This document shows positions 40,596 through 53,539 of a stretch of DNA of 64,000 nt, piece by piece (within the stretch, counting starts at the first letter, position 1; each line of letters starts with the position of its first letter). Origin of the DNA: Gnetum montanum (Eukaryota > Plantae > Gnetophyta). The stretch covers positions 930,439-994,438 of the forward strand of contig MNCI01002485.1 in assembly GCA_015680685.1 (NCBI GenBank), in the 5' to 3' direction. The notes beneath the pieces are model-generated. The model did no database searches, was not told the DNA's origin, and saw only the letters and a program-made list of their open reading frames with translations. The position numbers and the translations under genes are program-made.

Positions 40596-41084
40596 CCTAA
40601 ATCATTTTCTTCTTTAGTCTTCATTGCAGTTGTCTCGCATGCTCTCCACATCATTGTTGCTAGCTTTGGGCTAGCATAGATCTAACACCTCTATGGACTT
40701 ATTTCACATGCAGTAGTAGCTAGATCTTAGGCTAGTGCAGGTGTCATCTACTAATTAGTTGGTGTAGGTTGGACCCCATAGTTGGTTCCTACAAAACCCC
40801 ACGTAGCAACACCACATTTCCATAGTTAGCCAAATTTTGGGTGCTTAGTAGAGAGCGTAGTTAGTTCTCAATGTAGAGAGCATAGTCTTTAGAGTTAGCC
40901 ATTTTTTTGTAATTTTTAGAGGTAGCCATTTTCTTGTAATCACCAAACCTAGTCATTTTTCTACCACCAGCAAAGTTAGCCATTTTCTGCAACTAGCAAC
41001 CTTTGTAATCCCCTCTCACAATTTAATCTGCACACATGAATTCTGAGTAGCCTTCAAAATCAAACTCAAGTAGACTTGCTATCA

Positions 41085-43200
41085 TGCCCACCCAATAAGA
41101 AAATAGGATTGACCATCCTACCAGCCCTGCTATGGCAGAGCCTCAACAATCACTTAGGCTATGTGGCTAAGACCCCAAGTATATAGTCCTAAATGATGAA
41201 CAATGCAGCTTCATCTATGTAAATATCCAAGTAGGCCTATTCGTAGACTACTTGGACATGGAAGCCAAACAGGGCTACAAGCTCATTCACCAAAATCAAT
41301 GGGAGTATTTTCCCTTATGAGTTGACTTCATCTTTTTCATAGAACCCTACCACTAGATACTTTCCTAGCTTATCTAAAAAAATGAGTGCGAAGTAGGGAT
41401 GGATTATGAGGAGCCCTATAAGGAGAGGAAGATGAGTTTGAATCTCATTCTTATTATGAGGACTCCTTCCATATCATCTTTCAATAGACAATCCTCGATC
41501 TGGCCCTCCCATAGTCCCTTTCAACTATCTTTCTTGAGATATTCGTAGCCCTAATGTCACCTTCTAGGTCAACCCTAGTTGGAGAAATGCACCAAACATA
41601 GCATACGCATCACAACTTAGTGCCTCCTATGAACTTGTCCTTCATGGCACTATCAAAACCTACCTAGACATCTCTATTGATGGCAATAATGCCTACTCAA
41701 TCTTATGTTTATATAGTGCATGTCTCCTAGCCTCAAATGACTTAGATTCCTTATGTCTTGCCTATTTCATTAGTGCTCTCGGCAAAGGTTCAATTCATGT
41801 ATGCATGGCTTGCCCTAGTCACTAGGCCTATAGCACAACCAACATAGTAAGCACCTCACATGGTCCCACAACCTACAACTAGGTTGTAGATCATACAACC
41901 AACATAGTGGGTAGCACAACCATTGTAACCCACTGCAACATCTTAGAACTTGGATCAAGTATTACAAATGATCCAAACCTTGACAGAAGAGGTGAAGTGG
42001 CTCAAGGCCGTCTCCTTTGAAAAAATTCATGTAGTGGACTTCTACCAGGATAATTCCATAAGTCCTATAATCCCACCATTGACTCTACCAATTAGCATCC
42101 CTCTATCACAATTAACCAAGTATAATGATGAAGGGGATCCTAATTCACACCTGGTGATGTTCAAGTCTAAGTGCCTACTACTGCAAGTGTGGCCACACAT
42201 CATCATACATGTTTTTGCCATGTTACTCATTGGCAAGGCACTAGAATGGTACCACACATTACCTAGGGGCTCTATCTCCTCTTTGGAGCATCTTTTAAGC
42301 TAGTTTGTAACACACTTCAAGTACAACTTGAAGCTTGAAACTATCCTAGACCAACTGATGTAGATCAAGCAAGGCCACCTAGAGCCCACGTAAAAATTTA
42401 TCCAATGTTGGAGCACCTCATTAAACCAAATTCGAGAGCCAGTATCCAAGATGCACCTCTTGGCCATCTTCAAGGATGTAGTCAATGACTTCATTAAGTT
42501 AAAACTATACTACTACTTGGCCTTGTAGTCTCCAAGCCAAGCATTTGCCCAGACCAAAAGCATATAAGATGTAGTGGAAGCCAGCAAGGACCTAGCCTAT
42601 GTGGCCTATAAAAACATACATGCTAAAAAGGACAAGGACAAGGAGAAGTAAACTACAATCATGGTAATTATGGCCAAAGAGGGTAAAACAATCACCTTAA
42701 GGCCAATGGTCAGGCCACCCAAGGCCCAAACTAACAATCAAATTGCAAGCCCTATCCTTGTAGTAACTAACTAGCCTACATCATCAGTGGCCATCGCGTA
42801 AGCTACTCCAAGGTCCAGCTTTGAGCACAAGGGTTGATCAAAGTACACCCCCACTAAAACCTTCAAAATTACTAAAGATGTATCTAGTATAAGTAGATGT
42901 CTTAAGATGCTCACAAAAGACATGATAAATATTGCGAGCTCCTAAAGAATCCTACATTGGTAGTGCTGAATGAGACTTTGGTCCTAAAATAATCTAGGCT
43001 AGATTAGTTCTACCACTACCACCAATTTCTTGATCACAACATCGATTTTTGCATCACCCTACAAGATGACCTTTAGAGAATGATTAATAGGGGCGAAATG
43101 GTGCTTGATGATACAACCCTAGTTAGGTTACAAAACCAATCCATGAGGGTCTATAATGATCCTCTAAATGCAAACAATGTTATCTCAAAAATTTTATCAG
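41085..43200 (+). pseudogene. gag: gag of element C
   Basis: ORF 41950-42303: KYNDEGDPNSHL...FAMLLIGKALEWYHTLPRGSISS (Retrotrans_gag); degenerate zinc knuckle near 43010-43055. Confidence 0.88.
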
Positions 43201-43779
43201 CATTGATGATGATTTAGAATCGACATGGTAACCATTTGTGGTTTGTATACCCTCTAGCAGCCCAAGGTTTCCTTAAGTCCCATGAGTTCAAGGCCCCGTT
43301 TTGCTATTTAATTTTCATCTCAAGCACCCACAACATCCTTTGTGGTTAGGGGTCCAATGCATATTGCATCAACTATAATCACCCAATTGTCATTTGTGGT
43401 TAAGGTGCCCCAGTTGACTAACTCCTCACCTACCTGGAGCCCGATGGTGGCCAATGCATTAATCCCTTTTCATCCAAGGGCCAATTCTACTAGTGTCATA
43501 GGCAAACCATCTAGGTGGAAACTCAGGAGTCCCAATTAGCATCTCATAGATAGGATGATCAAGAAATGACAAGAGTAATGAGTTTTTGATCCACCGAAGC
43601 TAGTTCCTCTATTTGCAATTCCCATGGCCGAAACAACTAAAGAGGCCACCACCAGCGACTTGCAACCAAGAACTGGGATCCCTATGTAAGCCAAGGAAAC
43701 AATGTGCAAGTCACCTCCCCATGAGATTCATCTCTTAGGATGTATGGAAGAGGTCAAAGCCAGTAAAAACACAACTAAT

Positions 43780-44700
43780 GGAATAGACTTTGTAGATGCA
43801 TTAGCCCAATTTAAGTAAGCATTAAAGTAGAAGAACATAATGTTGAGCTTGTATGACCTAATTATGATCTCATCTACACACCGTGAAGCACTAGTATGGA
43901 TGTTGACCTCCATTCTTATCATGTAGGAAATCCTAGTAGATGAGCATTTCATCCATGCTATGATGTTGCCTCCTGTGCTATAGGAATTGAGCTTTGCACT
44001 CGTCACATTTCATGATGAGGTGATTAAGGTTGACCTTGAGAAGGGTGAGGTCATAACTACCCTCATGTTTATCACTATACATGTTAGGCAATGAAAGATA
44101 TAGAGGTTCATGTTGATGATGGGATGGAAAAAAACATAATACCATACCCCATTATTAACAAACTGGGCCTCACAGACCAAATCAAGCCAACACAAACCAC
44201 ATGCCTAAAGTGCTTTAGTGGGTTGTGCATTATTTTTTAGGGTACCATCATCATAGACTTCATGGTGGGAAATTAATTTCCAACCATTTTCAAATTTATC
44301 ATCATAGAGGAGATGCCATGATCCAACCAAATATTGGGTAGGCCTTGGCTAGCCCAATTATGGGCCATCTCCTCCCTGATTCATTAGGAAATCCACTTTT
44401 TGTATGAAGGTGGTGAGGTTAACATCCATGGTAATAATGCTGCCCCTTTAGCTATCAACAACATAAATATAGAGTAAGGGTTAAAGGTAAAATTCCTTGA
44501 TGATAAAACCTCGATAGACAATGAAACACAAGAGGCTGATGCACCTGAAGAGGCAATAGGAGCCACTGTCCTTCCAGAGGATACCTTCTGGATAGAATTG
44601 CCCTTCAACGTAGTGAGCGAAGGTTAGGGAGACTACCAGATAGTGCCCTGTAGGTCCTATGCACCCCTTAATCCACACTATATTAGGAAGTAGCTACATG
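43780..44700 (+). pseudogene. Aspartic protease region of element C
   Basis: RVHVDDG at ~44103; ILGRPWLAQLWAISSLIHxEIHF at ~44330-44400. Confidence 0.8.
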
Positions 44701-44969
44701 ACTAAGGTACCCCCTAGTCCAAAAGTGCACTAGGAAACTGCCTACTATTCACTTCCTCACATCTTGCATCCTACTCCCCATTCACGTTGCACTAGCACTG
44801 TAGCATATTATTTGTGCTTAGCTTACCATCTACATCACCTATGCATTCAAAAGCTTAGTTTACATTTCTATCATTATTTCTTTAACACATTTTCTTTCAT
44901 GCATAAAAAACATCAAAATGCATAAAAATCATAAAAACTAAAATTACCAAAAAAATAAGATGTAGTAAT

Positions 44970-45360
44970 GTTATGGCTTGCCATGGCCTTAAACTGGTAA
45001 TGAGTGGCCTGAAATTCCCTTAAAATAAAATTGTTAATCCTCTCTCTATGGCTTGAAATGATCTTAAACTAGCAGTATACATGGCCCACCATGGCCTTAA
45101 ACTAGTAATGGATAGCCCACCATGGCCTTAAACTAGCAATGTGTGGCCTACCATGGCCTTAAACTGGCAACTCATGGCCTAAGAAGGCCTAAAAATACCA
45201 TTCTTAATGCCCCTGTAGTGGCCCAAAAGGGCCTTAAACTATCCTCATTAATCCTACCAATGTGGCCCGAAATGGCCTTAAACTAGCATTATAGCTCAAA
45301 ATGTCCTTAAATTAGCATTGGCACTCCTGCTATGGCCTTAAACTAGCATGGGGCTTGTAA
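44970..45360. repeat. ~32-bp tandem repeat with core ATGGCCTTAAACTAGC
   Basis: Repeated ccaccatggccttaaactagc units. Confidence 0.85.
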
Positions 45361-45689
45361 TGGCCTATCCACACTATCACCACATAACCCTAACCTAGCA
45401 CTAATTCATCACATAGCAAATAACCATAAAAAGAAGAAAGTTTACACATTGCACATTAGGCATAACAAATACATGCATTAGATGTCATATGAATAGTAGT
45501 ACATAGCATCAATAGTGTCATGTGGCAAAATGACTTAGCACTAATTCATCATGTAGTAAATAATCATTAAAAAAAAGAAAGTTTGCACATTACACATTAC
45601 ACATAGCAAATACATGCATTAGATGTCATATGAATAGCAATACATAGCATGAATAGTTTCATGTGGAAAAAAACATAGCAAAAATGCCC

Positions 45690-48600
45690 AACAGTAGGGG
45701 TACATCTAGTCATACTCAACTAGAGGCACTAGGTGGAGGTGAAGGCTCTTCTTCCTCCACCACGTTGTTAGGGCCTACAACATTTTCAAGTACTTATCAC
45801 ACTAAACATAGCAAAAACACACAATTAATGAAAAGACCTATACTATACAAGCTAACTCAAAACATGCAAAAAGCAAGAAAAAAAATAACCTAAGAGGGCC
45901 TTGCATCAATGACTTCTAGAGGTAATTTTCCAAGGCCATCCTCCAAGTGCTGAAGGATCTCAACCTTGAAGAGTTGTGTCTAGTCCTCATGGCCAAAGTT
46001 AATCCTTGCAAGGGTCTTGCCTTTGTCCATGGTGGTCCATGCAAGTGGCTCCATCAAAAAGGTAGCAAAAGAAGCCTCTCTAGAAGGGTTGATGATTTTC
46101 CTCTTAGAAGAGTCACTCACCACCATGTGCTACATGAACAATTTGTATGCTTGCCTCTCACTAGTTTCCCCAAGAAATATATCAAAGTGGTGGCATTTAT
46201 AGACTCTTCCTTGTACCATCATAGGTATGCATCACACTCTCATTTATATTGGTGCTTGTGATTCTTTTGCATTTTCCCCCATTTATAGAACTTTCTGCTA
46301 TAATTCTTCTAGTCTTAGTTCTTCTAGGTGAGCAAGTCCATCTATAGCAACTACTCTATCATCTCTCATGTGGCTTCATTCTTGTCTTTAAGAGTTGTCT
46401 AGTATCTAGCATACTCTATCTCAAAGGTGCACCAAGTGCTATCTCCCTACACTCTAGCTACTAAGAAATCATATCTAGATTGAAGATCTTGGATCTTCAT
46501 ATCCTACCTAGTCACCCTCTCTTATAGCTTATGCAGATGTTTCCATAGGTGCTCATTCGAGCACTTGCAAACCCACAATGCCTTCCCATGGGAAAGCATG
46601 TACTTGTTCAATGTCTCATACATGTGATGAGACACTTAATTGACTTCATGAGGGAGGTCAACAAGGGCACCTACTTTGGCCACCTTGCTTGGATCCCACC
46701 ATAGCTTAGGACCTATAGGCATGCAATAATTAGCTAATCTTAGCCAAGGACCAAGCATCTAAGTAGTAAAGCAACATAGAGCAAAAAAACATCATGCACA
46801 TACTGAGCTCAAGATCTACCTATTGCAAGTGGTCCACCATGTTCTCAATGATATCTTCCATGAAGGTGAATTTATTAGGCATGTCTAGCCATGACTTCAT
46901 GTAGTAGGTAGATGTGGGACCACTGGCAGGGATGTCTAATTTTGTAACACAATGATGAAATTAGCATATAACCTATTAGCTAAAGACGCTAGAGTAAATA
47001 GGTAATAACACATGGCAATTCAATATTTTTACCTAGCAAGCCCTCAGGCATGAGTGCAGGAGGGTCACCTAGTTGCACATCATTGAACAAGCTATCAAAA
47101 TCACCCCCAATAGGGTGGAGTAGCCCCTCTTTCTCCAACTATAGGAGGGTCTCTACTACCTTAGGTAAATCATCCCCATGAGCCTCCCCTTCCTTAGCTT
47201 GAGGGGTCACTTCTTCTACTACTACCTCAGCCATTGCTCTGGCAACCCTCTCTCTTGTCTCTACAATTAACACACATACATACATAGCACATTAGTATGC
47301 ACTTCATTAGCTAGTTAATAGTATAACATAAAAGAAAAATATAAAAATATAAACATACATTAATACAATATATGTATTTAACAAGTTACACATACTAACT
47401 TGCAACCTTTTCATCTAAGCTTGGAAGCTTAATATAGATCCTCTTGCTGCTTACTCTTCCAACCTTAGGGGTAGCCTCCTTTGTAGATTATGGCCTCTTA
47501 ATTTTGGCCTTAGATGGTTCCACCATCTCTACAATATAGCAATATGCCTTACTTATGTCCCTGGTTCCAACTGGAGGACCCTCTCTTGTGCCATTGCATG
47601 AGTGATGTGAATGCCCAACAAGACCCTTAGTCATTACGTATAACAACTCATCAATTTTCTCTAAGGGGGTCCTATGCATGAGTAGTTATGAATAGGTTCT
47701 TAATCCATGGATTGAAGAGTTTCTCATGATCTTGCATAATCCATTATCCACCATCACACACAACCAAGAGCTCCACGAGCCTTTTCAGGTATCCTACGAA
47801 GAACATGAAGTGGATGTGGGACCTTGCCTAGAGGTTGAATAATAGTCTAGAGATCTCTGCATGCAAACTGGTGGCTATATATGTAGCCTAATTGAATCTC
47901 ATACCCTCTAGTAGCACCTCGTTCATCACCTATGCCTGCTCCACCCTAAGGATCTTTCCTTGGGAGAGCAACTTTGGAAAGGCATGAGCGTGAAAAAGAA
48001 GGTAGAGCTCCTGCATAAGCACATCTTTAATTGGTATGCCCTTGTCAGATCAAGTGGCCCTCAACTAGTCCTTGATCTCCCCTCTACTATCCACCTCTCT
48101 GTTGACCTTATGAATAATTATTTGTCCATCAATGGGGTGTCCATAGAGGTTGGCAAAGAAGTCCTTAGTAAGGTCTAGCACTATTGTCACACCACACACT
48201 TAGGTGACAAACTACCTAACATTACTGCTGAAAAAGTCAATGATAGTAACCATTTTAGCCACCAGAATACTTGGGCTAAGGGCCAAAAATAAGTCCATTA
48301 ACCCTACATGTGTGAGCCAAGTAGTCAATGCATTTGAGGCTTTGTGGCACAACCAATGTTTCACACCCTCCACATTGTCATACTTAATGATGAGGGTGGC
48401 CTCTGTGTAGCCTATCATGATCACTATCACCTCACTTGAGGCAACTACCATTCCAAAAAAGGTAAAATAATGTTAGCATCATGCAAAGAAAAACTAATAA
48501 GCACACATGAGAAACCATAGAATCCAAAATAATATATGCATATGGGATACAAATAGGATGCTAGATGAAGGTGGCACTGTAAGTGTCTCCTTGATCTTAA

Positions 48601-49354
48601 GCTCACCAGTAGCCCATCCCTCATCCAACCAACCATGAGTCCTACACCACTCATATGCCTTCAGGTATCAAGTGGGATAAGCCTCCAAGTTGGACCCCAT
48701 GTACTCAATCACTATTGCCCAAACATTCAGGTTGGATGAGAACACCTCCAGGGAAATGCAAGTTAAAGCTAGAGTGTCTACCTCATCATGTAGGCCCTCC
48801 TCATCAACTCTAAACCTAGTGTTAGTCATGAGCCATTAGAAATTGGACATGAGCAAGTAGTAAAAACCACTATGAAAGCCATTAGAGCACTTACCCTTCA
48901 ATGTAGTAGACAGTTCCAGGTGGGTTCTGGAATAAGGTGGGCACTTGTAGTGTAATGACAAGGGTGTTGCTCTTATTGTAGCAACCAAACCTAATCATGT
49001 GCCAAATCTTAGATAGGTATTGAGCACTCTTAGGGACTCTACTCTAACCACCTACCCGATCACCACTAGTAGTAGGCTCATCTAAGATGAACTTAAAGAT
49101 GCCTTAGTTAGTCCTAAGTAGCAACATCTCTATGATGGCACTAGTAGCCTCCACCACCAAGTGTGACCACATAATCACACTAAACTACTACAACAAGTGC
49201 TCCAAAAACTCATGAGCCCTTGGCCAGAACCACACTACTTGATAGCCCACTTGCATATCTGGCACAAGTGTGTTGAGAATAGGTTTGCTTATGTATCATA
49301 GGATGCCCACAAGCTCCATGCTGATCAAGATAGGTTTTAGCAACACCTTGCAAC
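45690..49354 (-). pseudogene. Antisense multi-exon accessory gene of element C (NIF/FCP1-like exon ~48895-49350)
   Basis: VLLKPILISMELVGIL...VFWPRAHEFLEHLLxxFSVIMWSHL...WHMIRFGCYNKSNTLVITLQVPTLFQNPPGTVYYIE followed by an intact GTAAGT donor. Later exons include FRVDEEGL, HAFPKLL...GMRFNxATYIATSLHAEI and a coiled coil. Confidence 0.78.
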
Positions 49355-51182
49355 CTTCAAGCAACAAAGAAAGTGTTAGTATACATACATAGATGCAAAT
49401 TTTGACATTAAATCATTAAGATAAATTAGCAAAATTGACATAATATAACATAGAATAATAAAAAATCTTAATTTTTTGAATACCCTTTGGGGCCCATGGG
49501 TGTAGGACATCAACTAATCCATTTGGCACACTTGGTACTCACTAGGGCATAGCACATTTTTATAGACTTAGCATTACATTTTGCAGGTTTAGCATCATAC
49601 ATGGTTTATGAAATTTTAGCAATTTTTTTCTAACTCCATACTACCTTAGTGGAGAGTGTAGTCTAGAAAATTATGAAAATTTTTCTAACTCTAGGCTACC
49701 TCAGTAGAGAGCATAGTCCAAAAAGAGTAAAATTTCTTTTCTAAATCTAGGGTCACCTTGACTACACCTCCATAGCCTTGGAGAGTGCAGTCTCTCACAA
49801 TGCCACACCTAGTAACCCTCTTACCCACCATTGTAGTAGGCCATGTCCCTGCCAAGACCTTGCAAAAATTTGAAAAAAAATGCAAGAAATGTGCCTTGGC
49901 ACCAAGTGCCCTCATGGCCCCTATGGCTGCCCTATAATGTGCAATCACCTCTGTAGCCCTTGCAACACTCCATAGGGCATTATAACCTTTGTAGCCCTCA
50001 CCACACACAACACACCTAACCTCTACCCATGATTTTCCTTCAAGAAAAAAGGAGATTTCTTCCAAAAAATTTCAAAAAATAGAATGCAAAACAAACCCCT
50101 ATCGTGCCCCTTGTTCTTGCAGCAGGCTGCTTCTTGACCATTGCCTACAACCCTAAGCTCTGCAATTCCAAACCCTGCACTGCATGTAGAAGAAACTAGA
50201 AACAAAAAAAATGCACACTAAGAACCCCCTATAGCACAAAACCACCATGTGAATTTTCCCTAAACCACATAGTGGTATCCATTTCCCCCATGTCATGCCA
50301 TGATAAGTAGTTTGCAACCTCCCCATGGTTCACACAAACAAAAACCCATAACCCAACAGGAAAAAAAAACAACCAAAATCCTTCCCTCACTCATGCACAC
50401 CTTTCCTACCATTGCCATAGTTGGAATGGTGCACGACAATGATGACCATTGCCTTGGTAGGGTACAATGCCAAACTATTCTTCTAAACCCTCAGCAACAA
50501 AAAAAATGAAAGATAAAAAATGAACAAAAGGGAGAGTGTAGTCGGGGTACCTAGCTAACATTAATGGCCTTCTCTCCTCCATGTGTTCCTATGGTAGGTA
50601 GCCCAGTTCTTGTTCCCCCGTGTTCACATTTTCCAGTCTGGGGTGTAGGTGTCCAGTTCAGTGCATCATTGTTCCAACTATTCTCTCCACTAGTAGTGCA
50701 CAACAATATTGACAAGACTACACTCTAGAATTCGTAGTTGAAAGTAGTAAAATGATAACTTACCCATGGTATAAAAGTGCCTATACACCATCCTAAGGTC
50801 ATTTAATGATCCACTAACCCAAGACTATGCCCCACACTAGATGCCTAGTGGAGAGCATAGTTAGGTGAGAGTGTAGTCACCCATACATAGCTAAAATTTT
50901 CAACTTTTCAACACCCTACAAACACCCAAGCCAATTCCACTTCCCAAGCATGGCTAGACTTCCATAGAATGACATCACTATTGTGTCTATGATCTACTAT
51001 GACCTTAAGCTAGCACACACATCGCCTATGAAGGCCTAAAACCTACACAAGCATGTTTACCTTTCTTAACATACCACATGCATATTTAGGAAAATTTCAT
51101 TGCATTGCTTTTTCTTCATTTGCACATATTCAATTTGTTAAAATAGATGTTGCTTAACATTTTTCTCTTTCAATTTTGCAAG

Positions 51183-52850
51183 AATATGACATGGCAATGC
51201 AAAACTAGTTTTTCTCACCTCTAGTTCTCACGAGACCTCATGGCAATATCAAGTGATGCATTGAGCCACATTGCTTAGACCTTGAGCCTACAACCTACAT
51301 TGAATACATAACATCCATAGGGACACCACTAGATTAGTTTGACCATCTAGTCAAGGCTCTTAATCCAAAGGCAAGGGATGCTACAGAGGATCCCCTTGTT
51401 GAGATCCCTATGGCAACACCTAACGACAAGGTGAGAACATTAAAATTAAGCTTCTAATTAGAGTCCTAGTGTGTCTAAGACATTACTAAGGTGCTTAATG
51501 ATAACATCAAGTCATTTGCATGCTCATATGATGACATGCTAGGCCTAGATCCTTGGATAGTCTAGCACAATATCATTCTCTATTCCTACATTAAACCAAT
51601 AAAATAGAAAGCATGCAAGGTTTAGCCTAAGGTGGTGTTGGCATTCCATGATGAGATCACCAAGATTTATAAAATTGATTTCATCCAAGCTATTAACTAT
51701 GTAGACTAGCTCTCCAACATCATAGTTGTGCCTAAGAAAAATGGAAGTATATGCATATGCATATACTTCCAAGACCTAAATAAGGTAGCCATCAAAGATG
51801 ACTTCCTATTGCCTAGTATCGATCAACTGATCAATACAATAGCTAGACATGCCTTGTTATCCTTCATGGATGGGTTGTTGGGCTATAACCAAATTAGGAT
51901 CAACCGTAAGCACCAACTCAGAATGACCTTCATGACTCCTAGGAGTATTTTTTGGTATACCATGATGTCTTTTGGACTCAAAAATGCAGGAGCAATGTAT
52001 CAATGTGTAATGACATATGTATTTAGTGATTACATGCTAAGCTTTCTCAATGAATACTTCAATGACATTGCAGTTAAGTCCAAAGTGTTGAACAATCATG
52101 CAAATGATCTAAACTTAGTGCTCAAATGTTTCTTAAAACACGATCTTAGGTTAAACCCCAAGAATTATGTTTTCAGTGTTAGAATGGGATATATGATCAA
52201 TTTTGTAGTATAAAAAGTAGGAATACATGTAGACCCTAACAAGGTTAAGGTCATAGCCAACTTAGCATCCCTGACCAACCTTAAGGAGCTATGAGGATTG
52301 CAAGGTAGGTTGTAGTTCATACATAGGTTTATCACATCGTTAACCAACAAGTTACAACCAATGCAACATCTACTTAAGAAAGGAGCCCACTTCAAGTGGA
52401 AAGTTCAATGTCAACAAGCATTTAACAACCTTAAGTAAGAGCTGGCACAACTACCTACGGTTCACCCTTCTCAAGGAGATAAACCTTTCTACATCTACCT
52501 TGCCACTTCTAACACATCCATCACTTCTATGCTTTTCCAAAAGCAAGATAATGGCACAAAGGTCCTAGTTTACTACCTGATCCATGCATTAGTAGCCCAT
52601 GAAGTGAAATACAATGATGTGGAAAATCATTTCCTTGCACTAGTCTTCTCACTAAACAAGTAGAAACATTACCTTTTCTGTAGTTAAGTTAATATCATTT
52701 GCAAAAACAACATACTCTAAGCAATCATAATGAACATCTATGAAAGTAGTAGTAATGCATGTTGGAAAGAAATCATAGTAGAGTTTGACCTACACTACAT
52801 TGTGCAATCCTCAACAAAAGGTCAAGCTATAGCTGCACAACTCATAGTGT
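51183..52850 (+). pseudogene. pol: RT + RNase H of element C
   Basis: ORF 51728-52213: PKKNG...DLNK...PSIDQLIN...SFMDGLLGYNQI...MSFGLKNAGAMYQ...LRLNPK. Confidence 0.93.
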
Positions 52851-52929
52851 TGCCTATAAATGATCAAGCAACCATAGATCTAGAATTCTTGGATGAGCAC
52901 ATCAATAGCATTATTCAAGTACCTGAAAA

Positions 52930-53310
52930 CTATGAGGCACTACTTCACTTCAACAAAGATTCAACCTCCTAAAGAGGTAGCACCACTGCCATTATCACAT
53001 TTTCCACTATGGAGATCTGATCCTTTGCATATCGTTTTGCATTTCCTTGCACTAACAATATGGCAAAGTATGAAGGTCTCCTTTGAGGTATCATTGCAAC
53101 ATGCAACCTAGGGATCTAACACATAGTAATCTGAGGTGACTCATAATTAGTGATCAACTAAGTGACAAAGGTTTACGCCTACAAGGGCCAACATTTACAA
53201 CCTTACTGTGATCTAGCAAAGCACTTACTTCAATAGTTTGTAACTGTTGATGTCCAACATATTTCCAATAATGAAAATGCCATAGTTAATGCGCTAGCAA
53301 CATTATCCCT
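52930..53310 (+). pseudogene. aRH of element C
   Basis: LHFNKDS...FPCTNNMAKYEGL...GDSxLVINxV...ENAIVNALA. Confidence 0.88.
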
Positions 53311-53539
53311 AAGCATCACACTTGACATGTTCCATGTATTATACAACTTGGTGGTAGATTGCACTATGCCTATCATGCAAATCACCGATGTTGCATCCAT
53401 AGCCACAGTAAGTACAAGCCAAGCAAGAGAGTGGTATGATAACATCAAGGCGTATCTTCTATAGGGTAATCCTCTACAACATTTAACTACTACCCAAAAA
53501 GACATAGTATAGAACTATTCATAGTAGTACATCATCATG

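Noticed and set aside
45394-45670. ~140-bp tandem duplication in C, and the (GACCTT)4 expansion at ~9778-9801 in the RT of A
   Set aside because: Local duplications with no sign of function.
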